From contig JADGBR010000006.1 in the NCBI GenBank assembly GCA_015231405.1, positions 40,218 to 104,217 on the forward strand: 64,000 nucleotides of DNA, given 5' to 3'. The first letter of the stretch is position 1; the number at the start of each line of letters is the position of its first letter. Made by a program: the position numbers and the translations under genes. The notes beneath the pieces are model-generated. The model made no database searches. It was not told the origin of the DNA and worked only from the letters and a program-made list of their open reading frames with translations. Source of the stretch: Candidatus Omnitrophota bacterium. GTDB taxonomy: Bacteria > Omnitrophota > Gorgyraeia > Tantalellales > Tantalellaceae. This document shows positions 1 to 10,369 of this stretch, in pieces.

Positions 1-2173
1 GAAGCCACAGCCCGTGATCCTTTTTCGAAAGTTCGAAGATCCTCCCCAGGATGTATTTACCCTGCTCTTCTCCGCTTCTGGCCCTGTGTCTAAGGGTATC
101 CGGCAGTATCCTGTACAGGCTCATTATAAGTCCGAGGTCTTTCTCGAGCGTCCCTTGCAGCTCCGAGATATCCAGATAAAGACTTATAATCTTTTCAGCG
201 CTCCGTGATAACCACTTATTGATCTCCTCCACCCTCTCGAACGAGGTGTAATACTCCCTTTTGGAGGTAGAGGATATCCGAGTGTAAATACGCTGATCGT
301 TAATGTTGTTATACAATTGTCTTACCGCATAAAGCGCCGACGCGAGGTCCACAGTTGAGCCCTTCTTCCACTCCAACTGATAAAACTTTTCTAAAGCGTA
401 TTCTTTGACCCGGAACATAATAGGGGTTTTCTCGATATCGTCCGTATGCCCGCGAACACCCGCGAAGAGTTTAAGAGCGAAAACATCCTCAAAAACCCCG
501 GGTATGACGATATTCTCAGGATCCGGATACCAGAATGAGATAAAATCGATCAGTTCTTTTTTAGTGGCGTTGTTGAGATAGCCGTAAATGTCAAACGGCT
601 CGCATCCGGACTCCCTATATACGCGATCTCTATTAATCCCTCTCGACCTGACCACTCCCTCCATTACCGTTCTTGAGGGGTTCTCACATTCGTCAAAAAT
701 AAAATCCACGACGGTTTGCTCGAATATCCTGTACCGCATATCACCGGCATGCGCGTTGAGCTTCCTCGCTTTTTTCAAGAACGCGATCAGTCCATTCTCC
801 ACAAAAAGAGATTTAGGGTATCCTTCCTCATGATAGAGAAATACCTGCGCGTAGAAGTAATGCATGAAAGCAAGCAGGCTTTCGTAATCTTTAGCCTCAT
901 CGGCATAGCGGTGATATCCCTCAAAAAAATGAACCTTTTCAGCCGAGTATTCGCTACCGAGTTTTTCTATGTCGTGCATCCTTGACAGAAACTTCGATAG
1001 TTCCGTAACGGGAGGCACTTCTTTGTCGATCTCTTTTGGCATTGGCTTAACAGCGTCAATTGATTTCCAGGCGTTGTTCGCCCTGGTGTTACTCAATGAT
1101 CCAGCCCTTTTACCAAGATCGGGATGATAGGACCACGGATTCAACATCCCCATTTCCACTTTACCTGATCCCTTAGCAAGAAAATGGTCATACAATATGT
1201 CGATGTATTTGACGGAATACCCGGCTTTGTCCATCGTAAACAAAGCCTCGTTATCGGCCTCATATTCATTCGCATAACGTTCAAACCGCAACCTGAGATA
1301 TTCCGGAATGCTGACGAATCTTTCGGGTTTACCTCCACGGATGATCTTTTCACGGGATTGCTTTTTATGCTCGATTTCGTGAGCTAATAAAAAAGCGATA
1401 ATGTGTTTTCTCGCCTCACTGGGAAAAGACTGTATAGTTCTTAGGCAGCCGACGTTTACCACAACATAGGGCGAATAAGCCAGATCATAAATATTATACG
1501 ACTCATCCTTAATAAGTTTGATCTTATAAACTTTCTCCGGCAAACCCGCTGCCACGAGCAGCTCCCGGTAGACCTCATCCAGCATCCTGCAAGTCGCCGT
1601 GTATTCGTATTTCGGGTCCACATAACTCTCGGACGGGATATCCTTAAGCGAATTCTCTATTTGCCATTCCGGCGCGAAAAATTTGGACTCCTCGCCGGCC
1701 AGAACTTTGTCCTCACCATTCACGCGCCGGATATCCACGCATGAAGGGTTGTTCCTTATATCCTCCATTGTCCGGGCTTTCGACAGGATCTTAAATTTAA
1801 GGCCTTCCCCTTTCCCTCTTTTAAGAACGACCTCGATATTTAAAATATCACCGGAAAAAAACGGGTCGCGGCTTACGTTCAGCAGTCTCTTTCCGGCGTC
1901 GTGGAACATCCTGTCCAAACGAGCGTTTATGTTTTGACAAGGGACTAAATTACCCTTAAGACATGACGCAAGAATGAAAGCCGTCTCGACGCTGACCTGG
2001 TCTTCGATACCTTTTCCAGCTGCCTCTATTATCGGCTTAAAGATAGACTGGACCTGGAGGTTATCTTCAAAATTTCGGGTACGATGAGTCCCTGATTCCG
2101 AAATGTCAATTGGACCCAGACAAACAAAGGGTACCATACTGAGGGTGATAACTCTTTTAATAAGTATGTTCAT
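1..2173 (-). CDS. Large protein with M48-family Zn-metalloprotease-like domain, truncated by the window edge
   Basis: Absent from the ORF track, probably because no stop lies in the window. Manual translation from ATG 2173 gives MNILIKRVITLSMVPFVCLG..., with in-frame LLAHEIEH (HExxH), EYEADNEALFTMDKAGY and SYHPDLGKR, which match M48 motifs. Confidence 0.7.
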   Translation of the reverse strand, partial: MNILIKRVITLSMVPFVCLGPIDISESGTHRTRNFEDNLQVQSIFKPIIEAAGKGIEDQVSVETAFILASCLKGNLVPCQNINARLDRMFHDAGKRLLNVSRDPFFSGDILNIEVVLKRGKGEGLKFKILSKARTMEDIRNNPSCVDIRRVNGEDKVLAGEESKFFAPEWQIENSLKDIPSESYVDPKYEYTATCRMLDEVYRELLVAAGLPEKVYKIKLIKDESYNIYDLAYSPYVVVNVGCLRTIQSFPSEARKHIIAFLLAHEIEHKKQSREKIIRGGKPERFVSIPEYLRLRFERYANEYEADNEALFTMDKAGYSVKYIDILYDHFLAKGSGKVEMGMLNPWSYHPDLGKRAGSLSNTRANNAWKSIDAVKPMPKEIDKEVPPVTELSKFLSRMHDIEKLGSEYSAEKVHFFEGYHRYADEAKDYESLLAFMHYFYAQVFLYHEEGYPKSLFVENGLIAFLKKARKLNAHAGDMRYRIFEQTVVDFIFDECENPSRTVMEGVVRSRGINRDRVYRESGCEPFDIYGYLNNATKKELIDFISFWYPDPENIVIPGVFEDVFALKLFAGVRGHTDDIEKTPIMFRVKEYALEKFYQLEWKKGSTVDLASALYAVRQLYNNINDQRIYTRISSTSKREYYTSFERVEEINKWLSRSAEKIISLYLDISELQGTLEKDLGLIMSLYRILPDTLRHRARSGEEQGKYILGRIFELSKKDHGLWL

Positions 2174-2358
2174 TAAATTAATAAGTTTTTTGTTTTAGAT
2201 TTTTATTGGTCTAACATATTATAGTCTACAAGTTCACTTTAATCAAAGCATATTACTTGCTTTTTTTTGCTTAACATAAGGTTGGTTATTTATTGAATGG
2301 AGAATTGATGGAGCTCGGCGAGACGGAAATCGGCCTGGGTCAAATTTCCTATAGATCG

Positions 2359-2922
2359 TTATCTGTAGCCGTATATTAGCGATAGGGCTTCGGAGCGGGT
2401 TTTGTGGTTGTTCAGGAAAATGCCCCTTACGGCACTGGTGGTGGTTGTTACACCGGGTTTTTTTACGCCCCTCATGCTCATGCATAGGTGCTCGGCTTCT
2501 ATGATAACGAACACGCCTTTGGGTTTAAGTTTCTTCATTATAGTGTTGGCTATGTCGGTCGTGAGCCTTTCCTGGACCTGCAGCCTTTTGGAGAACATAT
2601 CGACTACACGGGCTATTTTTGAAAGGCCGGTTATCCTGTCGGCAGCGGGGATATACGCCACATGCGCTTTTCCTATAAAGGGAACCATGTGGTGCTCACA
2701 AACCGAGTATAACGGTATATCCTTTAAGAGAACGATCTCGTCATGCTCTTCGTCGAATATTATCTTGAGCTCGTTCCCAGGGTCTCGTTTTATACCGTCG
2801 AATATCTCTTCGTACATCCTTGCTACCCTTTTAGGCGTTTCTTTTATCCCCGGTCTGTCCGGGTTCTCGCCTATAGCTATGAGTATTTCGCGGATGGCTT
2901 TTTCGATGCGTTTCTTGTCCAT
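2359..2922 (-). CDS. folE: GTP cyclohydrolase I
   Basis: [32 protein letters not shown] and HLCMSMRGV motifs. Confidence 0.97.
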   Translation of the reverse strand: MDKKRIEKAIREILIAIGENPDRPGIKETPKRVARMYEEIFDGIKRDPGNELKIIFDEEHDEIVLLKDIPLYSVCEHHMVPFIGKAHVAYIPAADRITGLSKIARVVDMFSKRLQVQERLTTDIANTIMKKLKPKGVFVIIEAEHLCMSMRGVKKPGVTTTTSAVRGIFLNNHKTRSEALSLIYGYR

Positions 2923-2974
2923 GTATTGTCTCCTTGTTAATTGACGTGTCAGTTTTATCCGTAATGCCTGATAT

Positions 2975-3075
2975 CGTAAGACGTGGGACGTTGGACGTAT
3001 GACGTACGTTTTAATGAGAACTTTAATTTCATGCGCATCTTTCTACGTCCAACGTCCCACAACCTACGTCCCACG
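2975..3075. repeat. Inverted pair of heptamer arrays (GGACGTR / YACGTCC)
   Basis: acgtgggacgttggacgtatgacgt followed by ctacgtccaacgtcccacaacctacgtcccacg; the same unit occurs at ~4497-4528 and ~13216-13247. Confidence 0.75.
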
Positions 3076-3098
3076 GAACTTATCTATCACTTTCACCC

Positions 3099-4493
3099 TC
3101 ACTTCCCAATACAAAACCCGGCAAATATCCGATCCAGAACTTCCTCCCCGACAGTCTCCCCAGTGATCAAGCCAAGATCATTCACCGCTTCGTTGATATC
3201 GCTCGCAAGAAGTTCGGCGTTGAACTCTACTGAAACCGACCTGACGGCGTTTTCGATATTTTCGAGAGCGCTTTCAAGCGCTCTCTTGTGGCGAATATTG
3301 GAAAGCATAGCGCCGCAAGTTACAGATGTCTCGCCCATCTTAAGGACCTTGTCCGATACAGCTGCCCTTATTTTTTCGATATTAACGCCTTTAACTATCG
3401 AAGTCTCTATCACAGGATCCCCGCCTAAGGTCCCGGCGATTTCGTCCGCTGATACCTTTTTTTCAAGGTCTACTTTATTCAGTATAACTATCCTTTCCTT
3501 ATCCCCGATCAACTGGTATATCTCCTTGTCAGCCGGGGATAATGACATCGACGCGTCCAGCATGAATATCACGAGATCAGCCCTCGCGATGACCAGAAGG
3601 GCTCTTCTGATGCTTTCCGTCTCTATGCGGCAATCCGTTTCCCTGATGCCGGCTGTATCGGTGAGTTTAACCTTGATCCCGTTTATATCAACCGACTCCT
3701 CGACGACATCCCTAGTGGTACCCGAAACCGGGGTCACTATAACCCTGTCCTTTTTGAGCAGCGCGTTCATGAGACTTGATTTCCCGACATTAGGCCTCCC
3801 TGCGATAACAACGGTCAAACCTCTCGTCAGTATCTCTCCCTGCCTGAAAGTTCCCAGAAGCGAGGCGGCATTAGCCTTAAGCGATCTAAGGCGCCCCGCG
3901 ATATTTCCCGCGCCCTCAAATTCAACATCCTCGCCCGTAAAATCTATTCCCAGCTCAACCAGCGACAAAATATCGAGGGCTTCATCCCTTAACCGTTTTA
4001 TCTCACCGGAAAATACGCCTCGAAGGTCCCTCATCGCCAGCCGCTGCGCCTCATCGGATTCCGCTCTGATCACATCAAGCACCGCTTCCGCCTGAACGAG
4101 ATCCATGCGGCCGCTGAGAAAAGCCCTTTTGGTGAACTCGCCGTGACCGGCTAGCCGCGCGCCTTGGGCCAGACAAAGCTCGAGAACCCTTTTAACGGTT
4201 ACCGGACCGCCGTGGCAATTGATCTCGGCGATATCTTCCGTGGTATACGTCGCCGGAGCTCTCATCACCGCGAGCAAAACCTCGTCCACGGTCTCTCTTT
4301 CTCCCGGCCTTACTATATGACCGAAATGAACGGTATGGCTGGGTACAGCCTTTATATCAAGTCCTCTTTTGGGCCTGAAGATCCGCGCGGCTATCTCTAT
4401 CGCCTCCGGTCCGCTCATCCTGACGATACCTATCCCGCCCTCGCCGGGGGGCGTCGATATCGCCGCTATTGTATCATTTTTCACTTTTCCCAT
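3099..4493 (-). CDS. mnmE: tRNA modification GTPase MnmE
   Basis: DTIAAIST, GRPNVGKSS, GTTRD, DTAGIR and C-terminal FCIGK. Confidence 0.97.
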   Translation of the reverse strand: MGKVKNDTIAAISTPPGEGGIGIVRMSGPEAIEIAARIFRPKRGLDIKAVPSHTVHFGHIVRPGERETVDEVLLAVMRAPATYTTEDIAEINCHGGPVTVKRVLELCLAQGARLAGHGEFTKRAFLSGRMDLVQAEAVLDVIRAESDEAQRLAMRDLRGVFSGEIKRLRDEALDILSLVELGIDFTGEDVEFEGAGNIAGRLRSLKANAASLLGTFRQGEILTRGLTVVIAGRPNVGKSSLMNALLKKDRVIVTPVSGTTRDVVEESVDINGIKVKLTDTAGIRETDCRIETESIRRALLVIARADLVIFMLDASMSLSPADKEIYQLIGDKERIVILNKVDLEKKVSADEIAGTLGGDPVIETSIVKGVNIEKIRAAVSDKVLKMGETSVTCGAMLSNIRHKRALESALENIENAVRSVSVEFNAELLASDINEAVNDLGLITGETVGEEVLDRIFAGFCIGK

Positions 4494-4502
4494 TCTCACG
4501 TC

Positions 4503-5867
4503 CTACGTCCCACTTCCTACGTCCCACGATCGCATCCCAGCCGTCACCCCCGTGCGCCCCAAAACACGATCACGCACCTCACCAACAAGATAGAACGACC
4601 CCGTAACAACAACAAGATCCCGTTTGGAAGTTTTCGCGAACACGACACCGAGCGCCTCGTCGACATTCGCGGTGACGGTTATGTTATTACCGCGAAAAAA
4701 ACCTCTCACGACAAGAGGATCCGCCGCGCGCGCCACGTTTGACCTTGTTATTACGAACTCATCAGCTGTCCCGGATAATTCCTCTACAACACCTTTAATA
4801 TCCTTATCCGCGGAGATCCCCAGAATGAAGAACAGCCTGTCATATTTAAAGGCCCTCCTTATCGCCGATACCAGTCTTCGCGCGCTCGCTTTATTCTGCG
4901 CCCCGTCGAGGACCATCATTGGATCACGTGATATTATCTCGAGCCTCCCGGGGATAAAGGCTTCTCTTACCCCTTTTCTTACGGCTTCCTTATCCGCTTT
5001 GAAACCTTTCCTCAAGGCTATTTTCTCGAACATCCCTATAGCCGTCGCCGCGTTCTCCGCCTGAAAATCACCGGACATGGCCGAATAACAGTTCTCGTAA
5101 ACCCCGGAAGTCCCTTCTATGTCGAAGTAAGTCCCGTCGATACCGGTCCTGACCCTGCCGAACTTTATATCCCTTCCGACGGCCGAGAGAGGCGCGTTCT
5201 TTTCGGCGCACCTGGCCTCGAGAACGCCCATTACTCCGGGCTCCTGAGGCGCCGTCACACAATCCATCCCTTCTTTTATCACTCCGGCTTTTTCGCCGGC
5301 TATCTCCTCCAAAGTATTACCGAGAATATGCGTATGGTCATAGCTTATCGGGCTGAAACCCGCTACATGCGGTTCTATGACATTCGTAGCGTCCAGCCGT
5401 CCTCCGAGCCCGCATTCGAAAACCGCGTATTCGACCTTCATCGCCCTGAAATGCATCATGGAAATTATCGTGAACATCTCGAAAAAAGAAAAAGTGCGGC
5501 TTTCCATGAGATCGCCGATAATATCGCCGGCGGCATTGATCGTTTCAACCACGGAGCTTTCGGATATCATTACGTTATCGACGCATATCCTTTCCCTCAT
5601 ATCAGAAAGATGGGGTGAGGTGAATATGCCGGTCCTCGACCCTGAACTTTTCAATATCGAGGCGAGAAAGACGGATGTCGAACCTTTTCCTTTTGTCCCG
5701 GCGACATGGGCCGTCTCGTAGCTCCTTTCGGGGTTGCCCAGCCTGGCCAGGGCGAGACGGATATTCGAAAGATTATCCCTCCGTTTAAGCTTGACCAGAC
5801 CTCTTGACTCGAAATTGTAGAGAGAGTTAAGATACTTGACCGCGTCCGGATATGTGGTGATATTCAT
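4503..5867 (-). CDS. folC: Bifunctional folylpolyglutamate synthase/dihydrofolate synthase
   Basis: HVAGTKGKGS, FTSPHL, GLGGRLDATN and TGSFYLVGE. Confidence 0.95.
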   Translation of the reverse strand: MNITTYPDAVKYLNSLYNFESRGLVKLKRRDNLSNIRLALARLGNPERSYETAHVAGTKGKGSTSVFLASILKSSGSRTGIFTSPHLSDMRERICVDNVMISESSVVETINAAGDIIGDLMESRTFSFFEMFTIISMMHFRAMKVEYAVFECGLGGRLDATNVIEPHVAGFSPISYDHTHILGNTLEEIAGEKAGVIKEGMDCVTAPQEPGVMGVLEARCAEKNAPLSAVGRDIKFGRVRTGIDGTYFDIEGTSGVYENCYSAMSGDFQAENAATAIGMFEKIALRKGFKADKEAVRKGVREAFIPGRLEIISRDPMMVLDGAQNKASARRLVSAIRRAFKYDRLFFILGISADKDIKGVVEELSGTADEFVITRSNVARAADPLVVRGFFRGNNITVTANVDEALGVVFAKTSKRDLVVVTGSFYLVGEVRDRVLGRTGVTAGMRSWDVGSGT

Positions 5868-5875
5868 ATGGCAAA

Positions 5876-7450
5876 TTAATGCTTAAAATGCCTGATACCG
5901 GTAAAAACCATGGAGATACCGCACCTGTCGCAGGCCGCGATAACATCGGCGTCCTTTACGGAACCACCGGGCTGAATAACCGCCCTGACCCCGGCCTTAT
6001 GAGCTTCGTCTATGGAATCAGGCATAGGGAAAAAAGCGTCGCTCGCGAGCACAGATCCTTTTGACCGTTCCCCGGCTTTCCTGATCGCCGTTATTACGGA
6101 ATCGACCCGTGACATCTGTCCGGCTCCTATGCCGACCGTCGCCGTACCTCTTGAAAGAACGATCGCGTTGCTTTTAACATGCCTGACAATATTCCAGGCG
6201 AAAATGAGAGCCTCCATGTCTTCTTTTGAAGGCACCGCCTTTGTGACAATTTTCATGTTCTCCGCGGAAATCGAGCCCTCATCCATATCCTGCACGAGGA
6301 ATCCTCCGGGCACCTTTTTAATATCTTTTTCCCCGGCTGTCCCGAGTTCGCCCGCCGGAAGTCCCAGAACACGCAAATTCTTCTTTTTCCCGAAAACCTC
6401 TAAAGCTTTCCCGATATATCCGGGGGATATTATGCATTCCACGAAATCGGCCTCGCCAAGAATAAGCTCGGCTAACTTCTCGTCGATCTCGCGGTTAAAA
6501 GCCATTATCCCTCCGAAAGCGCTCATCCTGTCGCAATCGAGAGCCTTGAGATATGCGTCCTCCATTTTATCCGCCATGGCCGCGCCCGAGGGGTTGTTAT
6601 GTTTTACGACCACCGCTCCCGGCTTATCAAGATCGTTAACGATCCTTAGGGCGGAGCCTAGGTCCAGGATATTATTAAAAGAAAGCTGTTTCCCCTGATA
6701 CTGTTTCGCCGCCGCGAAACCTTCCGATCGGGAATCTATATCCTTATAAAGGGCCCCTTTCTGGTGTGGGTTTTCACCGTATCTCAGGTCATACAATTTT
6801 TCCAGTCTGATATTGATAGCAGGAAGCAGTTCATCCGCGCCCTCCCCACCCGGCAAGGACGGAAACGTCCGAGAGAAATAACGGTTTATGGCCCCGTCAT
6901 ATTCCGATGTCCTCCGGAAAGCCTCCGACGCCAGCTTTTTAAGCGTTCCCTCGGATATTTCTCCGCCCGCGGCGTTCAGTTGGCGTATAACTTCAGGATA
7001 CTGCCCGGGGGAAGAAACTACCGCTACCGACTTAAAATTTTTTGAGGCGCTGCGGAGCATGCTCGGTCCGCCTATATCAATGTTCTCGAGCGCTTCCTCG
7101 AAAGTCACTCCCGGACGCGAAACTGTCATCTCGAAAGGATAAAGATTTACGACCACCATATCGATGTAAGGGATGCCCATCGCCTCCATCACTTTCCGGT
7201 GCTCGGAGTTATCCCTCTGAGACAGGAGACCGGCGTGGATAACAGGATTCAGGGTCTTTACGCGGCCATCCAGCATTTCCGGATAACCCGTATGGTCAGC
7301 TATGTCTACCACCGGTATGTTAAGGGATTTTAGAAGCTTTGCGGTGCCGCCTGTCGATATTATCTGGACTCCCAGAGCGTGGAGCAGAAAAGCCAGCGGC
7401 TCGAGCCCGGTTTTATCGTAAACGCTTATAAGCGCCCTTTTTACTTTCAC
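5876..7450 (-). CDS. purH: Bifunctional AICAR formyltransferase/IMP cyclohydrolase
   Basis: RALISVYDKTG, DIGGPSMLR, LRYGENPHQ, SDAFFP and RHFKH. Confidence 0.97.
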   Translation of the reverse strand: MKVKRALISVYDKTGLEPLAFLLHALGVQIISTGGTAKLLKSLNIPVVDIADHTGYPEMLDGRVKTLNPVIHAGLLSQRDNSEHRKVMEAMGIPYIDMVVVNLYPFEMTVSRPGVTFEEALENIDIGGPSMLRSASKNFKSVAVVSSPGQYPEVIRQLNAAGGEISEGTLKKLASEAFRRTSEYDGAINRYFSRTFPSLPGGEGADELLPAINIRLEKLYDLRYGENPHQKGALYKDIDSRSEGFAAAKQYQGKQLSFNNILDLGSALRIVNDLDKPGAVVVKHNNPSGAAMADKMEDAYLKALDCDRMSAFGGIMAFNREIDEKLAELILGEADFVECIISPGYIGKALEVFGKKKNLRVLGLPAGELGTAGEKDIKKVPGGFLVQDMDEGSISAENMKIVTKAVPSKEDMEALIFAWNIVRHVKSNAIVLSRGTATVGIGAGQMSRVDSVITAIRKAGERSKGSVLASDAFFPMPDSIDEAHKAGVRAVIQPGGSVKDADVIAACDRCGISMVFTGIRHFKH

Positions 7451-7452
7451 TT

Positions 7453-8031
7453 CTACCTCGCCTTAAGTACTTTTATCTTCAGCCTGAGCATCCCGATCTC
7501 CTCGCCCAGCTTGGTTAATTCCTGTCCGAGAGTAGCTTCCCTCTCGAGAAGGATGGAATGTTTCTTGTTCCAGACCTGTATTTCCTCTTTCGTGAAATCA
7601 AGCCTGTTCTTTTTTTGCATTAGGTTATCGACTTCGCTGATATCCCTTTTCACGTCATTCATCTCGTTCGTCTTTATCTTGAACCTCGCGGAGATATCTA
7701 TCAATTTATTCCGGAGCTCCTGCTGGTCCGGAACGAGCTGCTGCTTTTTTGCCTCTAACGCCTGAAGATATTCGACCCTAAGGTCCTCCCTCTTTTTCTT
7801 GAGAGACTCGATCTGTATGTAGATAGCGTTAGCGGCCTTACGGTACAGGGCCCCTATATCGGATATCTCGTTCTGTATAAGGTCCCTTTTCTCGAGCAGT
7901 TTCGCGAACAGGGGGTCATAATCTACTATTTTCTTCTCAGCCTCTTCCCGCCTTTCCACACAGCCGCATAGCGCCACCGTCGAACAAAAATAGATAAGAA
8001 ACAGTAAATGCTTTATGCGACAGATCGACAT
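7453..8031 (-). CDS. Hypothetical coiled-coil lipoprotein
   Basis: Hydrophobic N-terminus with lipobox-like LCGC, then heptad-rich helix; abuts purH; start approximate. Confidence 0.65.
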   Translation of the reverse strand: MSICRIKHLLFLIYFCSTVALCGCVERREEAEKKIVDYDPLFAKLLEKRDLIQNEISDIGALYRKAANAIYIQIESLKKKREDLRVEYLQALEAKKQQLVPDQQELRNKLIDISARFKIKTNEMNDVKRDISEVDNLMQKKNRLDFTKEEIQVWNKKHSILLEREATLGQELTKLGEEIGMLRLKIKVLKAR

Positions 8032-8050
8032 ATAACTTGTCCTTACGTTT

Positions 8051-8108
8051 GACCATGGACCATGGACCATGGACCATAGACCATGGACTATAGACTATGG
8101 ACTATGGG
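8051..8108. repeat. Heptamer array (GACCATG/GACTATR)
   Basis: About 8 tandem units that switch orientation mid-array; the same unit recurs at ~9483-9517. Confidence 0.8.
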
Positions 8109-8111
8109 CCT

Positions 8112-8309
8112 TCACTTTCTGGCGGCCTCTTTCTTTCGGTCTTTGCGTTCGGCTGTCCCGGAAGCTAGAGCTATGATGCCGGCGAATATAAGAAAACCCG
8201 GCAGTATTCCCCTTACGATGAACAAAACTTCGTATCCCCACAGGAAAAAAAGTATGACTCCTAAGATCGTCAATACCCCTCCGCCCGCCAAACTGTAATA
8301 CTGGCCCAT
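8112..8309 (-). CDS. Small two-TM membrane protein
   Basis: 65 aa, two hydrophobic segments, basic tail, GGAGG RBS upstream. Confidence 0.75.
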   Translation of the reverse strand: MGQYYSLAGGGVLTILGVILFFLWGYEVLFIVRGILPGFLIFAGIIALASGTAERKDRKKEAARK

Positions 8310-8419
8310 CTCATCCCTCCGTCTTTCTCGCGCCGGGTCAACGTAACTCCTGACGTTTTTACATTATACAATTAAAACGCGTATTGCCAAGACAAAAAAC
8401 GTTTTCCCCACGGGAGTTA

Positions 8420-8492
8420 TGTCATCCCCGCGAAAGCGGGGACCACATAAAAATAATATTTCCATTAGATCCCCGCTTTCGCGGGGATGACA
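8420..8492. repeat. REP-like inverted palindrome pair
   Basis: tgtcatccccgcgaaagcgggga ... tccccgctttcgcggggatgaca. Confidence 0.8.
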
Positions 8493-8583
8493 ACTTCTAT
8501 TTCTATTTTCCCTTCCCCTCTTTGTCCCGTTTGCCCCAATTATCCGTCTAGCTATCATACTTCACGCATGCTATAATATCGCC

Positions 8584-9477
8584 ATGACAAAATGCGGATA
8601 CATAGCTATAGCCGGGCAGCCCAATGTCGGGAAATCCACACTGATCAACGGCCTCATGAAGAAAAAAGTCGCTATTATCAGCGAAAAGCCGGAGACCACC
8701 AGGGACGCGATATGCGGGATACTCACCGAAGGCGACAGCCAGATGATATTCATCGATACGCCCGGGATACACAAACCTAAGAATCTCCTCGGAAAGATCA
8801 TGACCACCCAGGCGAGATCGTCCGTCCTCGAAGCCGATATCATCCTCTTCCTCATCGAAAAAAGAGCGGCTTTCACCCGGGAGGATATGAACATCATCTC
8901 TCTATTACCCGAGAAAAAGGACAAGAAAACGGTCATTCTGATAATAAACAAAACGGACAGGATAAAAGATAAACCGTCCCTTCTCCCTCTCATGGAAAAA
9001 GCGGCCCGGCTGTACCCCTTTGACGAGATAGTGCCGATGAGCGCCCTTGACCAGAAGCACATTGACGCGCTGCATTCGCTCATAACCAAATACTTACCTG
9101 AAAAAGATCATATTTTCGCCTCTGACAAGATCACGGACAGGGACGAGGATTTCATGACAAAAGAAATAATACGGGAAAAAATACTCATTGAATCCTACGA
9201 TGAAGTACCGCATTCGGTAGCTGTGACGATTGACCAGAAGAACGACGAGGGTACTATCATCCGCATCCACGCCACGATAATAGTTGAAAGGGAATCCCAA
9301 AAAACCATAATCATCGGGAAGAACGGCTCGATGATAAAGAAGATCGGCACTTCCGCGCGCCGCGAACTGGAAAAACTTCTTAATAAGCGGGTCTATCTGG
9401 ATCTCTGGGTCAAACCGGTGAAAGACTGGAAGAAAGATACGGAAGCGCTCAGGGACGTCGGGTATATAAGCGGCTGA
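8584..9477 (+). CDS. era: GTPase Era
   Basis: GQPNVGKST, DTPGIH, NKTD and KH domain IIIGKNGSMIKKIG. Confidence 0.96.
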   Translation: MTKCGYIAIAGQPNVGKSTLINGLMKKKVAIISEKPETTRDAICGILTEGDSQMIFIDTPGIHKPKNLLGKIMTTQARSSVLEADIILFLIEKRAAFTREDMNIISLLPEKKDKKTVILIINKTDRIKDKPSLLPLMEKAARLYPFDEIVPMSALDQKHIDALHSLITKYLPEKDHIFASDKITDRDEDFMTKEIIREKILIESYDEVPHSVAVTIDQKNDEGTIIRIHATIIVERESQKTIIIGKNGSMIKKIGTSARRELEKLLNKRVYLDLWVKPVKDWKKDTEALRDVGYISG

Positions 9478-9543
9478 GCATTATGGACCATGGACCATAG
9501 ACTATAGACCATGGACCTTACGAGGGGGATTCCACATTACATG

Positions 9544-10176
9544 TTAGACATTAAACAGTCCATGTTCCCTGAGCGTTTCAGTTAGTTGCCCACAGCCGGT
9601 GAACTGTACCGAGTTAATGCCGAATTGCCGGGACGCATCGATAAGATCCAGTCTATCGTCGGTATAGAGTATCTTTTCCGGAAGGCATCCGGCAAGCTTT
9701 ATGGCCGCAGAATATATCTCTTTTGAAGGTTTCAGCTTACCTATCCTATACGACAGGACATAATGGTCGAAACATTCATCAAGTACGGGATAATTCTTCC
9801 TGATGAACTCAAAATGCTGTTCGTTCGTATCTGAGACCAATATCAGCCGGATATCCGGATACGTTCGCGAGATCTTTCTTATGAGAGCGTCCATCCCGGG
9901 ATTTGGCGTGAATATACCGTTCCATAGATCGTAAAATCCGCTATATGATATCGAGATCTTGAAATGCCCCACGACTTTCGAGTAGAACGTTTCCGAGCTT
10001 ATCCTCCCCTCCATATAATCCCTGCCGGCTTCGGAATTTGTCATAAATTCGTGGAATAATTCAGGGGTGAACACACCTTGACCCGAAAGACCCCTGACGA
10101 TGGACGAGAGATCGAAGTCCACGATGACTTTCCCAAGATCGAAAAATAAGGATTTTAGTTGTTTGCATTCACTCAT
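9544..10176 (-). CDS. HAD family phosphatase (YihX-like)
   Basis: FFDLGKVIVDFD, KP motif and YTDD motif. Confidence 0.85.
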   Translation of the reverse strand: MSECKQLKSLFFDLGKVIVDFDLSSIVRGLSGQGVFTPELFHEFMTNSEAGRDYMEGRISSETFYSKVVGHFKISISYSGFYDLWNGIFTPNPGMDALIRKISRTYPDIRLILVSDTNEQHFEFIRKNYPVLDECFDHYVLSYRIGKLKPSKEIYSAAIKLAGCLPEKILYTDDRLDLIDASRQFGINSVQFTGCGQLTETLREHGLFNV

Positions 10177-10219
10177 AGTTCACACTCAGACTGTTTATGC
10201 GTCAAGAATATCAGCTTAA

Positions 10220-10329
10220 TCCGTCATTGCGAGGAAAGAGCGACGAAGGAGCGAACGACGAAGCAATCCCTGTAATTTATTATTTTTACAGAGATTGCTT
10301 CGGGCACTTCGCGCCCTCGCAATGACGGA
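10220..10329. repeat. REP-like nested palindrome (GTCATTGCGAG...CTCGCAATGAC type)
   Basis: 15-bp terminal inverted repeat tccgtcattgcgagg/cctcgcaatgacgga with inner pair cgaagcaatc/gattgcttcg. Confidence 0.8.
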
Positions 10330-10369
10330 CAAAACGGTCCCCCATGCTCCCTGCCCCATGCCCTTTGCC

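Noticed and set aside
2983-4095. 370-aa plus-strand ORF
   Set aside because: Antisense shadow of mnmE, Ser-rich and without motifs.
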